A stretch of DNA of 64,000 nt from the IMG/VR virus record IMGVR_UViG_3300027747_004323, one strand, 5' to 3'. The position numbers and the translations under genes were made by a program. Positions 19,677 to 28,881 of the stretch are shown here, one piece after another; the stretch's first letter is position 1; each line of letters opens with the position of its first letter. Under the pieces are notes generated by a model that was not told the DNA's origin, did no database searches, and saw nothing but the letters and a program-made list of their open reading frames with translations. This stretch comes from an uncultured virus (IMG/VR IMGVR_UViG_3300027747_004323) (Duplodnaviria > Heunggongvirae > Uroviricota > Caudoviricetes).

Positions 19677-20789
19677 TCAGAGTGCCTTTATCTTTTGGAT
19701 CACAGCACGATAGTCCTTGATGTACTGCGCTTCTTCGGGTATGCCGGCCTTGAGGACCTTGTCGACGTGATCCTCGAGGCTCTTGATGTAGAACTCCTTG
19801 GAAGCCTTTCGCGAGCCGTCGACGAGCATCTTCTCCGCCTTGGTTTTCTCCTGAGGTGGGAGCTTCTTGATCTCCTCGACCTTCGCCTTCGCGTCGCCTT
19901 TCAACTTGCTTCCTGCGGCCTTCTCGATGTCCTCGATCGTCTTCACCTTCTTGAGGACGTTCTCGGCCTGTGAGAAGACGTCGGTCAGCGTCTTCCTGTA
20001 GACCTTCGTCGCATCGGCCTGCATCTTCTTGACCTGCGGTGCATCGAGGGCCTTCGCGAGGAACTTCTTGCTGGAGAGTATCTTTGCGGGAGTGAACTTC
20101 TTCTTGTCGTCTGGCTCGTCGTCTTCTCTCAGCTGTGACTCTCCCCACATGGAGCGAGGACCGTCCTTCTTCTTGGAGGGCTTGGATCCGCCTCTGCCGT
20201 CGTCGCCCAGTGCCATCCTACCGGCGGCCTCCAGCTTCGACGTGACGGAGTCGTACAGTTCATCGGAAAAACCACCCGTCACTGCGGATAGAAGCTCCTT
20301 GGACACGGCGGCGCTCTTCTTCGTGGCGACCGCACCGAGGACGAGAGCAGGCGACGCCATGAACGCGAGGAGTCCTGCGTCGGGCGACGCCAGAGCTGCG
20401 TCGGTGCGCGCATACACGTCCTTGTACTCACCCTTGATCTTCTCGATGTCTTCCTTTTCCTTGTCGAAGACGTCTGCATAGTTGTAGCCGTATATCGGGA
20501 TCAGCGTGGTGAGTACCGTCTGAAGGCCGACCCAGAGGACGGTCCTCGCCTTACGGGTGATCTCCTTGGTCTTTCCTACTGCCGTCTTGAAGACGTCGAC
20601 GAACGGTCCGATGAAGGCATCGTACATGTCGTTGCCGCTGCCGTAATGTGCTCCGCCCATGCCCATGCCCGAATCGTACGAAGAAAATCCTCCGCCGAAC
20701 ATCGCGGGATTGCCGCCAGCCTCATCCTCAACGAGGAGGGAATTCCTGACGTATTCACGCAGCAGAATCTCGTCTCTTCTATATCGCAT
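19677..20789 (-). CDS. hypothetical protein with LLREYV leader
   Basis: 370 aa; ATATTTA motif upstream. Confidence 0.7.
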   Translation of the reverse strand: MRYRRDEILLREYVRNSLLVEDEAGGNPAMFGGGFSSYDSGMGMGGAHYGSGNDMYDAFIGPFVDVFKTAVGKTKEITRKARTVLWVGLQTVLTTLIPIYGYNYADVFDKEKEDIEKIKGEYKDVYARTDAALASPDAGLLAFMASPALVLGAVATKKSAAVSKELLSAVTGGFSDELYDSVTSKLEAAGRMALGDDGRGGSKPSKKKDGPRSMWGESQLREDDEPDDKKKFTPAKILSSKKFLAKALDAPQVKKMQADATKVYRKTLTDVFSQAENVLKKVKTIEDIEKAAGSKLKGDAKAKVEEIKKLPPQEKTKAEKMLVDGSRKASKEFYIKSLEDHVDKVLKAGIPEEAQYIKDYRAVIQKIKAL

Positions 20790-20797
20790 CGTGCATC

Positions 20798-20822
20798 TAA
20801 ATATACTTCGATCCCATATTTA
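20798..20822. promoter_or_regulatory. back-to-back ATATTTA phage promoter motifs
   Basis: Minus copy at 20798-20804 and plus copy at 20816-20822, each 6-8 nt from a divergent ATG. Confidence 0.7.
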
Positions 20823-20828
20823 TGGGTC

Positions 20829-21422
20829 ATGAGAAGCATTGGACTCGTCCCCATGGCAGCGAAGCCGTATCACGCAGGTCACGACGGTCTCGTGAGGATC
20901 GCAGCGAAGGAGAACGATGAGGTACGTCTGTTCGTGTCGCTGCTCGACAGGGTGCGAAAGGGAGAGACTCCCGTATACGGAGTCGACATGAAGAAGGTCT
21001 GGGACCTCTTCATAGAGCCGTCTCTGCCTGGAAACGTCGAGGTCCAGTACGTCAACGTTCCCGTCCAGGAAGTGTATCGATCGATCGAGGAAGCTGAAGG
21101 AGACGAAGACGTCCTGTTCAGGATCTATTCTGACGACGAGGACATCTTGAAGTACAGCGACGCGTCGCTGTCTAAGTCTGCGCCAAAGCTGTTCGCCAAC
21201 GGACAGATCGAAAGACGCGGAGTGGCGAGATCAGAGACGGTTCCCGTCAGCGGAACAGAGATGAGGGGCTACATCGGGTCAGGTGACGTAGAGAAGTTCA
21301 TCGAGTTGCTTCCTCCCGCCGTGAGGAAGAACGGTCAAGAGATCTACGATCTCCTCAGCAGACGCCCGATGGGTGAGAGCCTGCTGAGGAGATATGTCGG
21401 ATTGTGCTTATCAGCGTCTTGA
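20829..21422 (+). CDS. HIGH-superfamily cytidylyl/nucleotidyltransferase-like protein
   Basis: KPYHAGH and SGTEMR motifs; ATATTTA 6 nt before ATG. Confidence 0.8.
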   Translation: MRSIGLVPMAAKPYHAGHDGLVRIAAKENDEVRLFVSLLDRVRKGETPVYGVDMKKVWDLFIEPSLPGNVEVQYVNVPVQEVYRSIEEAEGDEDVLFRIYSDDEDILKYSDASLSKSAPKLFANGQIERRGVARSETVPVSGTEMRGYIGSGDVEKFIELLPPAVRKNGQEIYDLLSRRPMGESLLRRYVGLCLSAS

Positions 21423-22691
21423 CGTCTTCTTTGCAGACAGGGCGTTTGCTACTACACTCTGTACTTTCTTCAGGGTTGTTGCAGCACTTCCTCCTGGTGC
21501 TTTGGCCATGGGACCTGCATGAACTTTGTACTGTATCACCAAATTAGTGCCTTGAAGTGAAACTGCTTCTGGCATGCTGTCTTTCACTGCACTAATGCTC
21601 TTCAGCTCTGGGGGGGTCAGGCTGATTCTTGACGTTGATCCTCCCGTACCAGGTCTAAACATCAGAATAGGCTTGTGGGAAGTGTCACTTGGGATGTTAT
21701 TTTTGGCATCGCGTGCGTAAAGATGACCATTTTCTCCAACGTCAAGCTTGTACAAGTTTCCAGCTTTCTTGAGTGTCATGCCAGCGATGTCAGAAACTAT
21801 GATGAAAGCACATTCGTCAGCAGGATCTCCCTTGGGTCCATAGATGAATACTTCTGCAATCTTTGGGTCGTCAATTTCTGCATACCAGCCAGAGACATAA
21901 GACGTCTCGCCTGCAACTAACATGTCCTTGTATGTCGCTGTGGATTCTTCGATAAACTTCTGAGTGAAGTCAATCAGTTTCTTTTCGTTCTTGTCGCCAG
22001 AACCTGATGCATTCAAATTCTGAAGCAGTCTAGTCACTGCTGAGTAAGTCTGAGGGGGCATGTTGCCTTTTTGTACCTTGTGTGATATGCCCGTGCCTTC
22101 TATTTGGTTTCCAGACGTATCGACCAGAATAAAGTCCGAGTGTGCTGCCTTGTTCTCGTTCTTTATGATTCCGCCGACGCCGGAGAAATTCTTGCCAGCA
22201 ATTTGAACAGTTATCGGCTTTCTACCGCCTTGCGTAGCTTCGTCAAATGAAGCCTGCAAGTTTTGAAGAGCTCCTGCCTCTGCATGCAATTCTTCGCCCT
22301 TAGAGACGAGCCAGCTGTATTTCGCGCCTGGCGTCACACTCATACTGTAGACGTTAGGTGATTTATCAAATTCAGCGTTTCTCTGGGGGCGCTTACCCTT
22401 AGCCAAACTATTGGCTGCACCTATCTCATCAGGTGTAAAGTCTCTGTTCAGCAAATTGATGTTGAGCTCAGAACCATCTGGTGTCAAAACACCCACCAGA
22501 CGTCTGTCTAAGTCATCTGGGTTGACCTTGACTCTCTTTTTTGTCAATGCTGCTGTGATTGCAGTCTTGACAGGGACAGGTGCGTTGGAAAACTTCACAC
22601 CAAAGTAAGGTCGCTCTGGCCGAATAGTGCCTTCTAGCAGTGGCCTAAGACCCAAAGCTAGCTTCAGATACTCTCTCAATAGTTTGCTCAT
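21411..22691 (-). CDS. AT-rich hypothetical protein, possible PD-(D/E)XK nuclease, with LLREYL leader
   Basis: 426 aa; E...HSDFIL...GISHK motif; codon usage differs from the flanking genes. Confidence 0.6.
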   Translation of the reverse strand: MSKLLREYLKLALGLRPLLEGTIRPERPYFGVKFSNAPVPVKTAITAALTKKRVKVNPDDLDRRLVGVLTPDGSELNINLLNRDFTPDEIGAANSLAKGKRPQRNAEFDKSPNVYSMSVTPGAKYSWLVSKGEELHAEAGALQNLQASFDEATQGGRKPITVQIAGKNFSGVGGIIKNENKAAHSDFILVDTSGNQIEGTGISHKVQKGNMPPQTYSAVTRLLQNLNASGSGDKNEKKLIDFTQKFIEESTATYKDMLVAGETSYVSGWYAEIDDPKIAEVFIYGPKGDPADECAFIIVSDIAGMTLKKAGNLYKLDVGENGHLYARDAKNNIPSDTSHKPILMFRPGTGGSTSRISLTPPELKSISAVKDSMPEAVSLQGTNLVIQYKVHAGPMAKAPGGSAATTLKKVQSVVANALSAKKTSRR

Positions 22692-23953
22692 GACTTCTTC
22701 CCTTTTCTTCCGTACTTAAACAGACCCAGTATCTGGTTCGCAGCGGCAAAACTGCCCGTGAACTTGTAGGCGTTGCCCTTGTAGATGAAGACGACGCCCT
22801 CCATGGGAGACGTGATGTTCTCCACGGATTTGAGCTTGTCCATCTGCGCTGCGAGGACAGACATCGACATCTCGTCGCCGCTCGACTCGATCGAGTCGAT
22901 TGCATTCTGCACCTCACCGCGGAGGCGCTCAACTTCGCGTGCCGTGTCGTCGATCAGCGTGGACTGCAGTCCCTTGAGTACCTCGACTGCGAAGTCGTTG
23001 ACCGCCAGCTCGATGGGCCTCACGAACGACTTCAGCAGGGCAGGAGAATTCCTCACAAATGCAGATACCTGTTCTCCTGTCGATTTGTCCAACTTTTTCT
23101 TGATGTCGTTGAGAGACGGTGCACCGTCCTCCTCGAGGCAGCGAGACATCACCATGCCCTCTATGTCGGGAGGGAGTCCCAGTTCTTCCACCTTCTCAGA
23201 GAGAAGCTCCCTGAGGTAGTCGCCCATCGTGTCGGAGTCGGAAACTCCCGCATCGGCCATCGCAGACTCGATCTGTGAAGTCGTCGAGGAATAGACCTCT
23301 CCGTTCGACAGGTTCTTCATCCTCACGATCGAAGGCCCTCTCACCTTCCAGCCCGTGGCCTCCACTGCGGACTGCATCCTGTCGATGTACTGCGTCAATA
23401 TGTCGACTCCCCCCGCATCGTCCTGAGTCATCTGCACCGATCCGTCGGACGACCTCTTGAACACGGGCCACCCGTGGAAGACGACGTTGTTGGAGTCGTA
23501 GTTGATCACGTTGGGGTTCTTCGTGTAGATGACCTCCATCGAGTACCACCGATTCGCCGAGTCCCCGAAGACATTGCGCTTCACCTTGCCTGGTAGGGCT
23601 CCGATCGCTCCTTCGAGCACCTTGAAGGCCTTGGTGAAGGCCTCCTCCACGGATCCTCTTCCCGCGAACTTGGCGGCCAGAGCAGCAGCGTCCATGCCGC
23701 CGCCCTTGATGTCTGAGCCACGTGTCACCTTCACCTGACCCTCGGAGTCGTCGTAGGAGAAGACGAGGTTCATGCCGTCCATCTTCTCTGACACCTTCTC
23801 GAGGCGACCCGTTGAAGCCTTGCGAAGGATGGACTTGATCTCCCCGAAGGTGAGCTCCTTGTTGTCGTATAGATGCTGAAGGTGGCCGACAAGCCCTCCG
23901 CATAACAGGAGCTGCTTTCCTCCAAAGGGATAATGAAGACGTTCACGAAGCAT
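22688..23953 (-). CDS. ligase-like nucleotidyltransferase of large phages (DUF6267-like)
   Basis: GHLQHLYD, motif I EKMDG, C-terminal EGVVF...YKFTG. Confidence 0.7.
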   Translation of the reverse strand: MLRERLHYPFGGKQLLLCGGLVGHLQHLYDNKELTFGEIKSILRKASTGRLEKVSEKMDGMNLVFSYDDSEGQVKVTRGSDIKGGGMDAAALAAKFAGRGSVEEAFTKAFKVLEGAIGALPGKVKRNVFGDSANRWYSMEVIYTKNPNVINYDSNNVVFHGWPVFKRSSDGSVQMTQDDAGGVDILTQYIDRMQSAVEATGWKVRGPSIVRMKNLSNGEVYSSTTSQIESAMADAGVSDSDTMGDYLRELLSEKVEELGLPPDIEGMVMSRCLEEDGAPSLNDIKKKLDKSTGEQVSAFVRNSPALLKSFVRPIELAVNDFAVEVLKGLQSTLIDDTAREVERLRGEVQNAIDSIESSGDEMSMSVLAAQMDKLKSVENITSPMEGVVFIYKGNAYKFTGSFAAANQILGLFKYGRKGKKS

Positions 23954-24082
23954 TATTCGCCTCAAAAAGATTAAGCAACATTTCACACGACATATGACTT
24001 TTCGACTTTTTGCTTTGTTCTCTGAAGAAGGAATGATTCTTAGATTTGAAAGACATGCAGTTACTTCAACAGCTAGACCGCC
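23943..24082 (-). pseudogene. remnant of an HNH endonuclease C-terminus
   Basis: GLAVEVTACLSNLRIIPSSENKAKSR/SHMSCEMLL (one frameshift) aligns with the end of ORF 42992..43885; AT-rich; no start codon. Confidence 0.6.
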
Positions 24083-24085
24083 TAA

Positions 24086-24352
24086 CTATTTCTGCTTCTC
24101 GTTGATCTGATTCTTCTTCTTCGCGGACTGAAGTTCCTTGCGGAGGTGGTTGTACACGTTGCGGTAGTGTCCCCTCTTCTCGGAGCCTTGAGGATACTTG
24201 TCGCGCCAATAGGCTGCGTCAGAGCAACGTGCCTCGAGATCGGCCACGTGGTCGTCCGAGCCCCACTCGGATGTGCGATCCCCGCTGAGAAGGGCCTGTT
24301 TCATTTTTCGCTCTATGATGAGCCTGACGTACGTCTCAATCAGCTTTTCCAT
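24086..24352 (-). CDS. hypothetical protein with LIETYV leader
   Basis: 88 aa; SD GGAGG. Confidence 0.65.
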   Translation of the reverse strand: MEKLIETYVRLIIERKMKQALLSGDRTSEWGSDDHVADLEARCSDAAYWRDKYPQGSEKRGHYRNVYNHLRKELQSAKKKNQINEKQK

Positions 24353-24536
24353 CTGCTTCCTCCAACGCCCTTTTCATGGCGGACGTGAGATAGTACTTGA
24401 CATGTCGTTCGGTGATGTGGTTCACCGTGTCGAGGTCGAAGGACGTCCTGATCCTCTCAAGAAGCGTCTCAGACATGTCGAGCGTGAAAACCTGTCCTGA
24501 CTTCATCTGGATCTCGATTGTCTTTGCGACGTGCAT
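24336..24536 (-). CDS. hypothetical protein
   Basis: 66 aa; SD GAGGAG. Confidence 0.6.
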   Translation of the reverse strand: MHVAKTIEIQMKSGQVFTLDMSETLLERIRTSFDLDTVNHITERHVKYYLTSAMKRALEEADGKAD

Positions 24537-24543
24537 TTTCTCC

Positions 24544-25170
24544 TCACTTCTTCTTCGGTGTGATGGGAACGGGGCCCGACGTGTCCTCTGACGACGGCTT
24601 CTTCTCTGACTTCTCCTTCTCAGGAGCCTTTATCACGTTGGGCTTGATGGACTTCGTCTTCTTCTCTTCCTTGTCGCCCTTCTTCATCTCGACGTCGGGG
24701 TCAGGATCTGCGGGATTCGTCGCATCTGCAGCCGGGATCTCTCCCGTCACGATCTGTGCGAGGCCCTTGAGGAACGCGAGGAGCGCGACCTTCTCGGCCT
24801 TGGAGAGGCTTTTGACGTACTCGTCGAGGTGTGCGGATATTGATTCGTCCTTGAAGGACTTGCCGCTACGTATCGTGTTGAGCTTGTCGACGATGTCCTT
24901 CGTCTCGATCTCACCCTTCTTGAGCTTGTCCTTCTCGGCGTCTGTCGTCTTCGACGATCCTGAGTCTGACGTCTCCTTGTCGTCCTTCTTCTCTTCCCCT
25001 TCGTCATCACCACCGAAGAGGTCGTCGTCTTCCTCGCCGAGCATCTTCTGCTGCTTCTCTTTCTCGTCCACAGCGTTCTGGTAGAGCGACTGCTTGAGGC
25101 TCTCCTTCATGATGGCCTCAATGGCCTTTGACAACGAACGACCTGACTGAATCTTAGTTTGCTTTTCCAT
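24544..25170 (-). CDS. hypothetical acidic/charged protein
   Basis: 208 aa; ATATTTA motif and SD upstream. Confidence 0.7.
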   Translation of the reverse strand: MEKQTKIQSGRSLSKAIEAIMKESLKQSLYQNAVDEKEKQQKMLGEEDDDLFGGDDEGEEKKDDKETSDSGSSKTTDAEKDKLKKGEIETKDIVDKLNTIRSGKSFKDESISAHLDEYVKSLSKAEKVALLAFLKGLAQIVTGEIPAADATNPADPDPDVEMKKGDKEEKKTKSIKPNVIKAPEKEKSEKKPSSEDTSGPVPITPKKK

Positions 25171-25197
25171 TGAACTCCACCGCCTCTAAATATATCT

Positions 25198-25602
25198 TCA
25201 TGTCGGAATTAGATCCACTCCTAGCGTGCACGTCTTGCTTTGTGGATCGAAGTCGAGGACCTTGGGTGACGCGACGTCGAAGAGGCCAAAGAGCTGAATG
25301 TCGTCGTCGCCGAGCGTGACGAAGCACGTCTTACACTTCAAGAGTCCCGTGGTGAACTTCTTCATGATGCCGTATGCGTCTGCGGTCTTGACACGCAAGT
25401 CCACCTTGATCGATCCAGACGATTCCAGGGAAAATCCCACGGCGGCGCCTGAGACGTAGGTGTCTTCTTCCTCGCCCGAATTGAAGAGCATCGATACGAC
25501 GAGGAAGGCATCCTCGTACGCCTTGACGTTCTCTTCTAGTTCAGGAACGACGCCCTTCAAGGCGTCACTCATCAGCAGTCTATCTACCAGCGCTTCGTTC
25601 AT
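25198..25602 (-). CDS. hypothetical protein
   Basis: 134 aa; leaderless sigma70-like promoter. Confidence 0.6.
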   Translation of the reverse strand: MNEALVDRLLMSDALKGVVPELEENVKAYEDAFLVVSMLFNSGEEEDTYVSGAAVGFSLESSGSIKVDLRVKTADAYGIMKKFTTGLLKCKTCFVTLGDDDIQLFGLFDVASPKVLDFDPQSKTCTLGVDLIPT

Positions 25603-25966
25603 GCGAACGACTATACACTACGTCCTTGTATAGTTCATCCGCCCACTTTGCGTACTCTTTGTCGAGTTCGGTCACTTCGCCGATGTCCTTCGTCTGGAGG
25701 TTCAGCGTGACCGCCTCCTCGGTGACGTGGATGGACGCATGATGCCCCACTTCAGCTTCGTGGTCGAGAAGCTGCTTCACGAAGTCATTTCTTTGCTCTT
25801 GCAATCTGAACGTGTAGGTCTTCTGAAGAGAACCGTCCTTCTTCGACCACTTGTTCACTGCGATGAGTGGAACGTCGGTCGCTTGCGGAATGACAGGCAG
25901 GCCGCCGAACGACATGGGTCGACGTGCCTTATCGAGAAATTCTTCGTGAAGACGTGTCAGCTTCAT
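25580..25966 (-). CDS. pterin-4-alpha-carbinolamine dehydratase-like protein
   Basis: W...LQKTYTF...GHHASI...TKDIGEVTELD. Confidence 0.75.
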   Translation of the reverse strand: MKLTRLHEEFLDKARRPMSFGGLPVIPQATDVPLIAVNKWSKKDGSLQKTYTFRLQEQRNDFVKQLLDHEAEVGHHASIHVTEEAVTLNLQTKDIGEVTELDKEYAKWADELYKDVVYSRSHERSAGR

Positions 25967-25978
25967 TCGATGTCCTTG

Positions 25979-26731
25979 TCACAGTATGACTGCCCCGCCG
26001 ACGACGGCCGCCTCAGTGAAAGACGAACCGTGAGTCCAGACCTTCTTGTTCCTGTCGACGACGCATGAGCCGCCCTTGAAACTGAGGTCTCTCTCCTTGC
26101 CTACTCTGTTGGACACTACGACGTTCGCAGAAGTCTCTTCTGCGAGTTCGACCCACGACGAATCAGGATAACCGTAATCGGAACCCCAATTGGTGAGAAG
26201 TGCTATCGTGTCGACAGACCCCTGCTTGTAGAAGCGTTGCTCCGATTTGTAGAATTTATACGTGTCCCTGTAGTTGTTCATCACGTCGCGGCAAATGAGC
26301 ACGCCGAGGCGCCCAGCACGTGTGGTGACCACGGGATGCATCGATTCAGATGCCACGGACCAGAGGTTATCGGACCCCCACAAGTTGTGCTTCTGGCAGT
26401 TGGCGACGAGACCCGAGGGTCCGACGACAGCAGCAGAGTTGTACAGCTTGCCTTCGCAGACTTCAACGTAGCCGAAGACGATGTGCGTGTTGAAGCGACG
26501 TGCGATGGGAAGGAAGGCTTCGGTCTGAAATCCTCCCTTCTGTTGTGCACAGTCGGCAGCCTCCCGCGAGTTCTCGAGGACGTAGCCGCTGGTGCACAGC
26601 TCTGGGAGGACCACCAGAGCTGCACCTTTGCCTGCCGCCTCGAAAGCCATCTGTTGTGCAGTCTTCAAGTTGGCATACACGTCGTGTATCACCGGCTTGA
26701 ACTGCACTGCTGCTACGATGGGTGTCTGCAT
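25979..26731 (-). CDS. carbon-nitrogen hydrolase (nitrilase superfamily)
   Basis: Glu-Lys-Cys triad: LPEL, QKHNL, LICRD; YNSA; GGS. Confidence 0.9.
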   Translation of the reverse strand: MQTPIVAAVQFKPVIHDVYANLKTAQQMAFEAAGKGAALVVLPELCTSGYVLENSREAADCAQQKGGFQTEAFLPIARRFNTHIVFGYVEVCEGKLYNSAAVVGPSGLVANCQKHNLWGSDNLWSVASESMHPVVTTRAGRLGVLICRDVMNNYRDTYKFYKSEQRFYKQGSVDTIALLTNWGSDYGYPDSSWVELAEETSANVVVSNRVGKERDLSFKGGSCVVDRNKKVWTHGSSFTEAAVVGGAVIL

Positions 26732-26734
26732 GAC

Positions 26735-27607
26735 TTACTCCAGGGGATCGATGACCTTTTGACCCGACTTGCGCGCCTTTGAGAGCGACTTGTCGAGGAA
26801 CTCTCGGAAGCCGTCGAGGCCTGCGACGATGTTCGGGTGGTCCTTCATCAACTGGACGTCCGCGGACGTGAGCTCACCGGACTTGCGAAGAAAGTCGATG
26901 TAGTCGTTCATCGCGGTGAGGGTGAGGATCTCTGCCTCGTCGGAATCCATCGTCATCACGAACTTCGCCTTCTCGAGTGCCCTCTGGACTGCCTGGCGGG
27001 CGCCTGGCACTCCTGCATATCCGAGCTCCTTTGCGATCTCTTCGAATGTCGCTTCCTCGTCGCTTGCCATCGTATAGCCGCGCTTCGTCGACTTGATCGC
27101 GCCTGTGCCCTTGCATGCCTTGCAGTCCTTGCCGTCAGGCATGATTCCTTCGCCCTCGCAGGCCTCACACTCTTGATAACCTGCACGAACGCCAGACCCG
27201 ATGGATCCAGCGAGGCCTGCAGAAGCGAGGTCGTTGTAGGAAGCCTCTCGAAGCATCTTTCTCACAGCGAGACGGATCGTCTCTTCAACCTTCTTGTCCT
27301 TGTTCATCTCTTTGTCCTCTTCTTTCATGTCTTCGACGACGTCTGTGACGGCAGAGTAGAAAGATTCTGCGTCGTCGTCCGAAATGCTATCTATGAGGGT
27401 CGATAAAGCCGAACGAAGTTCCATTCGGTTTTTCGGCCTGAAGTTGGGATTGCCCGGATCTGTCTCTGCAGCAGAGGGATCCACGACAGGCGACACACCT
27501 ACGGGAGCCGTCGATAGGTCTCCGGTCGACTGCCAACCCATGCCCGGCGTCGTGATCATCTCGCGGATGTATTCGCGGACGGCGATGTCGCTGACGACGA
27601 GCTTCAT
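26735..27607 (-). CDS. protein with DnaJ-type CxxCxGxG zinc finger and sigma region 4-like HTH
   Basis: CEACEGEG, CKACKGTG, TFEEIAKELG...ARQAVQRALEK; start MKLVVSDIAVREYIREM. Confidence 0.65.
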   Translation of the reverse strand: MKLVVSDIAVREYIREMITTPGMGWQSTGDLSTAPVGVSPVVDPSAAETDPGNPNFRPKNRMELRSALSTLIDSISDDDAESFYSAVTDVVEDMKEEDKEMNKDKKVEETIRLAVRKMLREASYNDLASAGLAGSIGSGVRAGYQECEACEGEGIMPDGKDCKACKGTGAIKSTKRGYTMASDEEATFEEIAKELGYAGVPGARQAVQRALEKAKFVMTMDSDEAEILTLTAMNDYIDFLRKSGELTSADVQLMKDHPNIVAGLDGFREFLDKSLSKARKSGQKVIDPLE

Positions 27608-27906
27608 TGACCTGCCGGTGCCTCGGGTGTCGGTGTCGATGCCTGAGGCGCATGTGCATCCGTGTGCTTGCGACCGAAGTAGAGCGCAAGGACGGGTGTG
27701 AGATAGGCCGCACAGACCGACGGGTCGAAGGGTCTGATTGAGAACGGACCGATCTTCTCGAAGATCGATGCGATATAGACGACCGTCGTCGTGACGAACG
27801 CCACCGTGGCGAAGGTCGCCGACATCGAAGGCTTGCCATTCGTGCCTATGATCCATCCTCGCGAAGGCTCCTGCGACTTGATCGTTTTCTTGGACGATTC
27901 TGACAT
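27604..27906 (-). CDS. small two-TM membrane protein (holin-like)
   Basis: Two hydrophobic segments, GKPS motif, YFGRK tail. Confidence 0.55.
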   Translation of the reverse strand: MSESSKKTIKSQEPSRGWIIGTNGKPSMSATFATVAFVTTTVVYIASIFEKIGPFSIRPFDPSVCAAYLTPVLALYFGRKHTDAHAPQASTPTPEAPAGQ

Positions 27907-27942
27907 GACTGTCCCCTTACCCAGCTAAATAGGCAGTTGACT

Positions 27943-28467
27943 TCATTTAGTCGCTTGTGTTACCGCAAAAACGGTGAGCACGGTAACGATGACACCGGCT
28001 CCTGCACCGATTCCGAACCACAGAGTCCTGTCAGGTGCGCTGTCTTGCGCCTTCTTGAGTTCCGTCTCGAGCAGTTGAATCCTCTTCAAGTTGGCTTCGT
28101 TCGTCGCCTCCGCCCTTGACTTGTCAGAAGCATAGAGGATGTTGAGCTCGTTGTACTTGAAGTCCTTCTTCGCTTCCGAGCTCCTGACAGCTACTTCGAC
28201 TTCGATCTGAGTCCTCTCCTTTGCAGTCGAGAGGTCCGTCGCGACGGAGGCCGCGGCCCTGGGAGAGAAGAGTATGCCAGGAAACGGAGCAGGCTGACCC
28301 TGCTTCAGTGGTGCGATCACGGCAGGGTCTTGAGGCGTCGTGGGAGCCTGTGGGTCGGGGCTCGCCGGAGTAGCTGTCGTCTCAGCGGGAGGCTTTGGAG
28401 GATCTGCCCACGAGATCGTTGACAGGGTCATTGAGGTCACGAGGATCGATGCTATTAGTCTTTTCAT
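27943..28467 (-). CDS. exported coiled-coil protein with C-terminal TM segment
   Basis: Signal MKRLIASILVTSM, APFPGILF motif, C-terminal hydrophobic helix. Confidence 0.6.
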   Translation of the reverse strand: MKRLIASILVTSMTLSTISWADPPKPPAETTATPASPDPQAPTTPQDPAVIAPLKQGQPAPFPGILFSPRAAASVATDLSTAKERTQIEVEVAVRSSEAKKDFKYNELNILYASDKSRAEATNEANLKRIQLLETELKKAQDSAPDRTLWFGIGAGAGVIVTVLTVFAVTQATK

Positions 28468-28469
28468 GG

Positions 28470-28874
28470 TCATTTCTCCGGAACCACTAGGGGGAAACCC
28501 GTGACGTCGCTGAGCTGCTTCGCCATGCCCACGGGATCGTCCTTGTACTTCTTGACGAGCTGATTCACCTGTTCGGTCTTCCTGTCCTCCAGCTTCTTGA
28601 TCTTCTCGTCGTAGTTCTTCTTTGCGTTGTTGAGGTCCGTCTCGAGCTTCTGGTAGTTCTCCTCGTGCGCCTTGCGCTCCTTGTCCTGGGCGTCCTTGAG
28701 CTTCTTCATCTCTTCGTCGTTGATGGTTTGTTGTTTCTGAAGCTGCGTGACGAGGTCGGACTTCTGACGAGACAGGAGGACATAGCCTGCGACGCAGGCG
28801 GCGAGGACGAGAAGCATGGGCACGACGTGGGGTTTCACGTAGCCCCACAGTTTATTCAGGAATAGCAGAATCAT
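28470..28874 (-). CDS. N-terminally anchored coiled-coil protein (i-spanin-like topology)
   Basis: One TM followed by a long charged helix. Confidence 0.6.
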   Translation of the reverse strand: MILLFLNKLWGYVKPHVVPMLLVLAACVAGYVLLSRQKSDLVTQLQKQQTINDEEMKKLKDAQDKERKAHEENYQKLETDLNNAKKNYDEKIKKLEDRKTEQVNQLVKKYKDDPVGMAKQLSDVTGFPLVVPEK

Positions 28875-28881
28875 GATAACC

